In this document: positions 56,772 to 64,000 of the stretch, in pieces
Layout of the letters: each line of letters opens with the position of its first letter
Position numbering within the stretch: the stretch's first letter is position 1
IMG/VR virus record: IMGVR_UViG_3300014969_000015
Reading direction: 5' to 3' (one strand)
From: an uncultured virus (IMG/VR IMGVR_UViG_3300014969_000015)
Taxonomy: Duplodnaviria; Heunggongvirae; Uroviricota; Caudoviricetes
Length of the DNA: 64,000 nt
The notes under the pieces: model-generated
The model's database searches: none
What the model saw: the letters and a program-made list of their open reading frames with translations, nothing else
What the model was told of the DNA's origin: nothing
Program-made: the position numbers and the translations under genes

Positions 56772-57833
56772 ATGCTCGGCACACACCTCGCAGCATCCCC
56801 TGACATGCCCACGCACCTCCACCTCGTCCATGAAGAGCCCCGCTCCACTCCTTGTCCTCAAGGAGCCGATCCTGCCCTCCGACCGACCTCATTCGACGAC
56901 TATGTCGGACAGGCCGAGGTGATCAACAATCTCCGACAATCCGTCCGCGCAGCCAAGCGCGGTGCGTGGCAACTGGATCATATGTTGTTCGCCGGTCCCG
57001 CAGGCCTTGGCAAGACCTCGCTCGCGGCCGTCGTCGCGGCCGAGCTGGGCTCCAAGCTCCACGCCACCTCAGCCCCCGCGATCGAGCACAAGGGCGCTCT
57101 CGCGACCCTACTCACCACACTGGAAGAGGGGGACGTCCTGTTCATCGATGAGCTTCACGCCCTCGATCGCGCGGTCGCTGAATGCCTGTACTCAGCCATG
57201 GAGGACCGCGTAATCGACCTACCTGCCGGCAAGCGCGTCATCCGAGTACCACTGCCGAAGTTCACCCTGCTCGGAGCAACGACCCACGCGGGCAAGCTCT
57301 CCAAGCCCCTGCTCGATCGCTTCGGTTTCATCTGGCAACTCCGGCTCTACACGCTGTCCGAGATGACCACGATCGTTACACGCTCTGCAGCCAAGCTCGG
57401 CGTCGCCATAGAGCCCCAGGGAGCAGAAGTGATCGCGCGCGCTTCGCGAGGCACCCCGCGCATCGCGAACCGCCTCCTGCGCCGGGTGCGCGACACCGCG
57501 ACCAATGCAGCCGCGGATGGGGCCCTCGTTCTGGGCTGCCTCCAGGACCTGACATGCGCGGGCGGTACCATCAACGAAGCGCTTGCCACCAGCGCACTCA
57601 CACTACTTGGCCTTGACCACCTAGGACTCGACCCCCTCGATCGTCGCTATCTGGCAATCGTGGAAGAGCGGCCGGTAGGCATCGAGGCCCTCTGTGCCGA
57701 ACTGGCCGAGGATCGCAGCACAATCGAAGACACAATCGAGCCGTTCCTGCTACAGGTCGGCCTCATCAAGCGCGGCAGCAAGGGCCGCCTCGCCACCGAG
57801 GCCGGACGAAAACATCTTGCGGAGGGCCTATGA
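56772..57833 (+). CDS. ruvB: Holliday junction branch-migration helicase RuvB
   Basis: LRPTSFDDYVGQ, LDHMLFAGPAGLGKT, FIDELH, LYSAMED, FTLLGATT, LLDRFG, RGTPRIANRLLRRVRD, IEPFLLQ. Confidence 0.95.
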   Translation: MLGTHLAASPDMPTHLHLVHEEPRSTPCPQGADPALRPTSFDDYVGQAEVINNLRQSVRAAKRGAWQLDHMLFAGPAGLGKTSLAAVVAAELGSKLHATSAPAIEHKGALATLLTTLEEGDVLFIDELHALDRAVAECLYSAMEDRVIDLPAGKRVIRVPLPKFTLLGATTHAGKLSKPLLDRFGFIWQLRLYTLSEMTTIVTRSAAKLGVAIEPQGAEVIARASRGTPRIANRLLRRVRDTATNAAADGALVLGCLQDLTCAGGTINEALATSALTLLGLDHLGLDPLDRRYLAIVEERPVGIEALCAELAEDRSTIEDTIEPFLLQVGLIKRGSKGRLATEAGRKHLAEGL

Positions 57834-58080
57834 GGTCCCAAAAGATCGAAGTCGTACCTGCATCGCGACCTGACAGCAAGGATGAGATCCTCGTTGAAAT
57901 CTACAACGGCTTGACCGAGCGGCAACGAGCCGCGTTTTCAAACGGAGATCTTGTCGAGTGTAACGCCTGCGACGCTAAATCTGGCACGCCAACGCTCTGT
58001 GCAAGTTGCCGCGCGAACCGCTACATCATCGGAATACTGACTCCGTCTCAACGTCGCAGACTCATCAAGGTCCTTCCCAA

Positions 58081-58775
58081 ATGACCACTGAAGATCTTCA
58101 CAACCGTGCGCTCCCCAAATGGCCCCAGATGATCGTTACGGGGCACCGCATCCCCGAAGATCTCGCACTGGAGGTAATCCGGCGCACCGATTCGTGGTTC
58201 GTGCAGGGGCACGGATGTAACGATCGTGCGGGTGACCGCAGTCTCGCCCGGCGCTTCCGCATGCCCCATTTTATCGATTATTCCACGCCCTTACCCTACG
58301 ATGCAGGAGACTGGAACCGCGAAGTGCGTTGGAAAGAAGCCTGGGGAGCGATCGAGACCAGCTACGTTAAAAACTACTGGATCGGGTCAGCTTTCATTTA
58401 TGGCCCCCACGGCTGGTGCCACCCCGACGGTCAGATCGCTTACATCGACAATGTCGGCAAATGGCCAACTGTCGAAGAGATCCAGGCAGACTGGCAACTA
58501 CTAGCGACTGCTTTTCCGTTCCTAGACTTGACGGCTACGCTGATGAGTGGCGAGGACTGTGTAGACAACACACGTCCCGTCGTTGCAATGCACGTGAAGG
58601 CCAAGTGCATCTCATAGAGCCCGACGGCAGTGTCAATATGCCGCGACGCCACGAGGACACCTTCAGGGCAGTCTCCCAAAACCCCGCTCAGCGTGAGCGG
58701 TATCCGTTCAGTGAAGATGTCCTACTCGCGTGGGAGAAGAAGGCCGTTGAAATTGACGCCTGGATCAATGGCTAA
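58081..58775 (+). pseudogene. conserved phage hypothetical protein frameshifted near 58598
   Basis: LPKWPQMIVTG...GPHGWCHPDG...NVGKWP...AFPFLDL...MHVK continues in another frame as GQVHLIEP...AWING*. Confidence 0.55.
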
Positions 58776-58806
58776 AACCACGCGCGCCGCGCAAAAGGGC
58801 CGTGGC

Positions 58807-59322
58807 TCACTTCTTCTTGGACTTGGATCTTCCACTCTTCTTCGAGCGTGCGCTTTTCTTGGAGGCCTTACCCTTGCGGGTCTTCCCAGCAGTCGAGCCC
58901 TTCCCGGCAGTGCGAGCGGCGGCGGGTTCAGCAGCGCGCTTGCCCGCGAAGTAGGCCGTAGAGCGCTTCTGGCCCTTGACAGAGATGTCCCCGCTGGCAA
59001 GAAGCTTGCGAATTGGAAGTGCCAGCGCTGACGTCGAAGTGCCCAGTTGCTTGTTGATCTGCTCGATCCGCAGACCTGGGTTTTCCTGGACAAATTGGAC
59101 AAAGCGCTTGGACAACTGCTCCAGCTCATCAGCCCCTCGTTTGGCTCCCCGTGAAAGGGCAGCACTGACTACGGGCGCCGCAGCGCGTTTCGTGCTGTCT
59201 CCGTTTCCCAGGGAGGAAAAGGTCTCCTGGAAGACGCGCGCTGTATGCTGCTCGGTTAGCTGTTGAAGGGCGGCGACGAAATCACTCGTCGCCTGGAAGA
59301 TTTGCTCTTTTAGATTTTCCAT
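58807..59322 (-). CDS. histone-like / winged-helix DNA-binding protein with Lys/Ala-rich tail
   Basis: GAKR..DEL.....FVQENPGLRIEQINKQLG.....LALPIRKL...G.I...GQKRSTAYFA plus a KK-rich C-terminus. Confidence 0.7.
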   Translation of the reverse strand: MENLKEQIFQATSDFVAALQQLTEQHTARVFQETFSSLGNGDSTKRAAAPVVSAALSRGAKRGADELEQLSKRFVQFVQENPGLRIEQINKQLGTSTSALALPIRKLLASGDISVKGQKRSTAYFAGKRAAEPAAARTAGKGSTAGKTRKGKASKKSARSKKSGRSKSKKK

Positions 59323-60709
59323 GGACTGTTGTTTTACCGGTGTTCAAAATGAAGGGGTAGACGGCCACTAAGTTCACATCTTCTGCACGTTTTAAAAAGC
59401 TGTTTCTGCGCTCCTGTTTGTATGCTTACACCTCACATGAGGCGTTTTTCAGCTTGTCAATTTGCCAAGAGCCGGCGCGGCAGCCGAGTTACACCGCGCG
59501 CGGATCCAGGCACTGAGGCTCACCCCTGCGAGACGGGCAGCCTTTCGCCAAGCCGCGCGCTCCTTACGGAGCAGCCGAATATTCAGCGAGATTTCGCGTT
59601 TCGCAGCCATTTCAGCTCGACGTATACACAGCATCTGTACAAAGCGCAAGTGGGGTGATATCTTGGCTGCGATGAAACGCCTCAACATCCCGGACGCGCA
59701 AGGCTACCGGTGCCCCCTACATGGCTTGTTCTTCGCGCGCGTTCCACGGCCGATTCCAGACGAGGTGGAGTGCGAGGTGATCGCGGAGTGTCACCGACGA
59801 GCGCGTCCTACGTGCTTTGAGCTGTTCGAGATACAGGTTGACAACGCCTCAGACGACCTCGTGGAACCCGCCACGGAGGCTCTTGTAGAGTATCCTGCGC
59901 TCCCCGCACGCAGGACTATGGCCACGGAGGCTGCTCTCCGCGTCCGCAGGACGGCCCCCTTCAAAACGAAGGACGAAGCGTCGACCGACACCTGCAGCCC
60001 AAGTAAATCATGCCCACTCGTGATAGCCGTCCGCAAAATGATCAAGGCCCACGACAATTGTCGATATCTTTGGGGACCTACATCAGAGCTGCATGAAGCC
60101 CTTGAAGCACTGCGGATGCTGGTAGAACCTCCAGCGGTGGCAGGTCCACAGTGATCCCCACCTGTCGAAGGCCCACAGCACGTCTTACGGCTACGGATCC
60201 CCCAAGCCTGACTATTGCGGAACAGCCACTCCGGGTGTTCATCTGCGCGATCGTCGACGATCTCTTCGTGATCTGCGCCAAGAACAGCGGTGTCGCCTGG
60301 GGCGTGGTGATGGACCGCTACCAAGTTCAACATCCAAGCGCCTTACCAACGCCACGGCACCTCTACGCTGTCCCGATGACACGGGAAGCCCAGCCTGAGG
60401 ATCCAACCACCACGCGCCAGCACATGGCACAAGCAACCAAGGGTAAACTGTGACATTCATCCTCCACCCAAAGCCTATCAACACAAAACTCCACGCCCAA
60501 CTGACATGGCACGCGATCATTGCAGAGTACTACGCCAGCATTGACTGTGCCGATCGAGCCTCCCAACGATGGCACGCAATCGTGACGCTGTGCAAGGTCA
60601 ATGGAGGCGTGCAGCGAGGAGCACCGTCATAAGAAGCAACGGGCAGCCAAAGCACAGTCTTGCGGAGCGTTTAGTAGCCGTAGAAAGTTCCAATAATGAA
60701 CAGTCCCAA

Positions 60710-61213
60710 ATGAAGGCCCTTACGCTTACACAGCCCTGGTGTGGTCTGGTGGCCGCCGGTACGAAGCTCGTTGAAAACCGCTCGCGCTACATCATCAAGC
60801 GCTCGGACTTTGGCAAGCCTTTCGCGCTACATGCAAGCCGTGAGATCAATGAGACAGTGTACGAGCGCATCTCCAAGATCGCCCCAGAGTTGCCAGGTAG
60901 TACACCTGCCGAGTGGGGTTGTCGCTGGCACGCACTCTCACGAATTACCAGTGCCGTGATTGCCATAGCGACAATCGACCGTTTGCTCGATCCACGGGCA
61001 TGCGGAATCCTACCCGACACTGATGAAGCACGCGCGGCGCTGCCTCTTGACCAACGGCGCTGGTTCTTTGGCCCCATCGGCTACGTGCTGCGCGACGTTC
61101 AGGCCCTCGCGACACCGGTACCGTGCCGGGGCTGGCAAGGCTTCTGGACCTTGCCCCACAACGTAGAGCGTGCCGTGGTCGAACAGCTCGCGGCACCTCC
61201 ACCCCCGCACTAA
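60710..61213 (+). CDS. ASCH domain protein
   Basis: MKALTLTQPW..LVAAGTKLVENRS...ALHAS...PVPCRGWQGFW. Confidence 0.85.
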   Translation: MKALTLTQPWCGLVAAGTKLVENRSRYIIKRSDFGKPFALHASREINETVYERISKIAPELPGSTPAEWGCRWHALSRITSAVIAIATIDRLLDPRACGILPDTDEARAALPLDQRRWFFGPIGYVLRDVQALATPVPCRGWQGFWTLPHNVERAVVEQLAAPPPPH

Positions 61214-61235
61214 CAGCCCTACCCGGAGATAGATC

Positions 61236-61652
61236 GTGAGCATGCAGATCGACCTCGATGCACTCGAGCGCAAGGCACGGGCGGCACGGCCTGGTCCCTG
61301 GCAGTGGTACGGAAACACCAAGATGCACTCGGTCTACCTGGCCACTGTGCATGGGGGTCGGGTGTTCGTACTGGATTTCGAGCGATGGGGTATGCGCGGA
61401 GCGCAGCCACGCTTTCAAATGGACCGGCGCATGGTGGAGCTTGGAGAGCTAGCCAAGCAAGAGCACCCGTTCGGTCCCAAATTCGAGGTACCCTACCGCA
61501 GGGACTTTCACGGCATCGGCCATCCCGATGCAGAGCACATCGCTGCAAACTCCCCCGAAATAACGCTGGGGTTAATCGCAAGAATTCGCGAGCTGGAAAA
61601 AGAATTGCAAGACGTTTCCAATAAAGAGCAATGCAGAAGCATGGCTCTGTGA
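61236..61652 (+). CDS. Ead/Ea22-like phage protein
   Basis: IDLDALERKARAARPGPW...DAEHIAANSP...LGLIARIRELE. Confidence 0.7.
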   Translation: MSMQIDLDALERKARAARPGPWQWYGNTKMHSVYLATVHGGRVFVLDFERWGMRGAQPRFQMDRRMVELGELAKQEHPFGPKFEVPYRRDFHGIGHPDAEHIAANSPEITLGLIARIRELEKELQDVSNKEQCRSMAL

Positions 61653-62240
61653 GGACACCCCATGTCGCTACGGTGCTCAAGAGTGGAGCACGGATCCCAT
61701 GAGCAACCACACGAACCGCCGCCGGAAAAAGCAAAAACGCAGCGAAACAGGACCACGCTTCGAGAGCAAGAACCCAGGAGCCGGCAGCAACTCCACACAC
61801 GTAGCAAGAAGTCGCAAGAAATGGAAGCGCCGAGCAGCGCGCTCTGAGCGTAGAACGGGACAGACTTTGCCAAAATACCGTGGCACGCCACGGCACCGTC
61901 CAGAAGAATGACGAACATGGGCGTCACTGTCTGGTCCTGCTCGCGAAAAAATCAAGAGTCTGTAGTACTCTGCGACGCCTGCAAGGTCCACGCGTACACA
62001 ACAACATGCACACTCGCATTACGAGGGACAAAACTTGGACAGCTGTGCGCCCGTAAACTTTGTGCGCGCTGTGCCGTTATGGTTGAGGGGGTTCCTCGAT
62101 GCCCAGCACATGGGAAATTACATCCATGATGGTACTCCTTCAATTCATCTGGGTTGCCGCGCACCACGGCCTACGCAAGCAACGGCACGTTGAGCGCCAG
62201 CGTCCGCGATCGAAACACCGACCCTCACTCTGGTGCGGCC

Positions 62241-62588
62241 GTGAGCGACCTGACCGCCAAGGAGCAGCGCTCCGTCCGCACCACGCTGTTGTTCCTGCGC
62301 GTGCGCGCCGGGGGTACGTGGGAGCCGGTCGCGAGGGCGCTGCACATCGAGGAGGACACGATCGCGAAGGTCGAGCACGGCCGGCGTCCGGTCACCGAGC
62401 GACTCGCGATCCGCGTGGCCCGACTGATCGAGGTCGGGGTCGACGACCTGCTCGCCGGGCGACACATGTCCTCGCGCGTGTGCCCGCACTACGGCCACCC
62501 GCCCGACGACTTCACCAACGAGGAAAACGTCGTCACGGCGCGGGCGTCGGCCGGTAGCCTCGCGGCGCTCGACGGAGGCGAGCGGTGA
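62241..62588 (+). CDS. XRE-like HTH regulator with CPHxGHPP tail
   Basis: LTAKEQ..VRTTLLFLR..AGGTW..VARAL....TIAKV..GRRPVT..LA.RVARL..V.VDDLLAG. Confidence 0.7.
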   Translation: MSDLTAKEQRSVRTTLLFLRVRAGGTWEPVARALHIEEDTIAKVEHGRRPVTERLAIRVARLIEVGVDDLLAGRHMSSRVCPHYGHPPDDFTNEENVVTARASAGSLAALDGGER

Positions 62589-63359
62589 TCTCGCTCGGCG
62601 AGGACAACGGCGCGTGCCCGTGCCTGTGCTACCTCGACCCGACGTCGAGCACGTGCGGCGTGTGGGACAACAACGAGAGCGCCTGCGGTTGCGCCGTTGA
62701 CAGGCTCCGAGGGCAGTTACCGAGCTGATTCGAGGTCGTGCCGTGCAGGTTGCACGGCGAGCCGAGGAGACGAGACGAACATGCAGGAGAATTCATGACT
62801 CATATTAGTTGTCCAAAGTGTCACGCCGGATCCGGCGACGACTGGAACCAGTGCGAGGGCGTCTGCCCCATGCCCGGCTCCCCGCACTACTACCCCGCGG
62901 CTCTATTTCTCCGGCCCCCGCTGCAGAGGAGCGTTACGTGGACATGTCGATCGGTCCGGCGAGGCGACTCCCTGATCTCGATCGACCTCGCCTGCGACGA
63001 CGTGCTTGCAAGGGTCGACCTGCGTCGGGACGCAAACCACATCGCGGTGTCCTTTGAGGGAACCGACGCGCGGCGCGTGTGGGCTGTGTGCCTGCGCGCG
63101 GTCTCGGACGTGCTCGCCGTGACGACGGAATGCGCCGAGATCCCGGCGCAGATCCGATCGTGGCCGGTCGACCTCCGAGACCCCGTCGTTGGTCCGCTGA
63201 CCTACACTGTCGGCGACGCGTGGTTGGAGCTCACTGGTTCCCATGCCTGGCTCATCCTCGCCGCGGCCTTCGGCGAAACCTATGCCAGGGTCGTCTCGCA
63301 GGCGATGCGGCCGAGCGTCGCCGCGGACACGAGCACACTAACTGAAAGGCTGATCAGTC

Positions 63360-63760
63360 ATGGCTGAAACAACTGTCAACGGCAGTCTTCCCCTGATCAG
63401 GGTGAAGATGACTTCCCGCGGCGTGCCTGTGCGACGCCCTGCCGACGAGGAGCCTGATGATGGCTGGGAAGCTGCCCTGCAGTTCGCGTTACCGCTGTCA
63501 ACGCTGCCGGGCAGGGACATCTTGGTGATGTCAACCTCAAAATAAACGGTGTTTCACAACTCAGCGACGTGCGAGGCAGCACATTTTCGGTCAGTGCCCC
63601 CGATGAATTTTTGAAGTTCGCCTCGCCGTTGACCTTGAGGGACCTCATTGTTGTCGTGGTCACGTACATCGGTCTCCACAAAAGAGGGTGCCCATTTTTC
63701 GGGTGTCTGGTCGGTACGGACGCGCTAACCGAAAGGCTTGAAACAACAAAGAGCTGTTGA
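63360..63760 (+). pseudogene. degraded paralog of 39689-40273
   Basis: LPLIRVKMT...GRDILVMST then a stop; C-terminal DEFLKFA...VVVVTYIGL...GCPFFGCLVGT; the central DWxxNDI segment is missing. Confidence 0.65.
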
Positions 63761-64000
63761 AAAGGTCACGCGTCTTGATGACTAGGTAGGGCCCACTGCC
63801 GCTACATCAACCATAACCGACGGCATGCATTGACCTGGGTAGCTAGCTACTCATGTTCCAAGTCTGCAACACCCCGTATACTTGTAGAGCCAGATAGCAA
63901 GAGCGCCTTGATTTACAGATCGTATACTTACAGCACTACCAAACCCGGCACACGATCTGCTCTACTACCAGTCATGCGTTACACACCAGGTCCCCTGACC

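Overview
This GC-rich window is densely packed with short, mostly hypothetical genes on both strands. It looks like the accessory/early region of a large phage or phage-like mobile element. A Myxococcota-like host is my inference from the stand-alone Fis-, LuxR- and XRE-type HTH genes and a Lys/Ala-tailed DNA-binding protein. I recognised no terminase, portal, polymerase, rRNA or cas1/cas2 genes. The centrepiece is a compact type V CRISPR locus on the minus strand. It has a Cas12m (V-M/V-U1)-like effector (23130-25625) with an apparently canonical D-E-D RuvC triad and an in-frame graft of about 105 aa from an IS66 transposase. The effector is followed directly by a 3.6-kb, heavily diverged CRISPR array (about 19457-23085; roughly 45-55 full or partial 36-nt repeats by hand count) whose hairpin is kept by G-U wobbles and compensatory changes. 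Other notable items: (1) ruvB near a membrane-anchored protein carrying only RuvA domain III; (2) a ~18-aa helical tag (KSxAQIxREIxExL) shared by seven unrelated proteins; (3) a palindromic GGGTA-N6-TACCC operator-like motif at about 14 mostly intergenic sites; (4) many single-gene cassettes with leaderless extended -10 promoters; (5) a beta-rich paralogous domain family; (6) an orphan lanthipeptide-like precursor; (7) a tRNA-Val(TAC); (8) several frameshifted genes. All family calls come from motif recognition by eye, not database searches.
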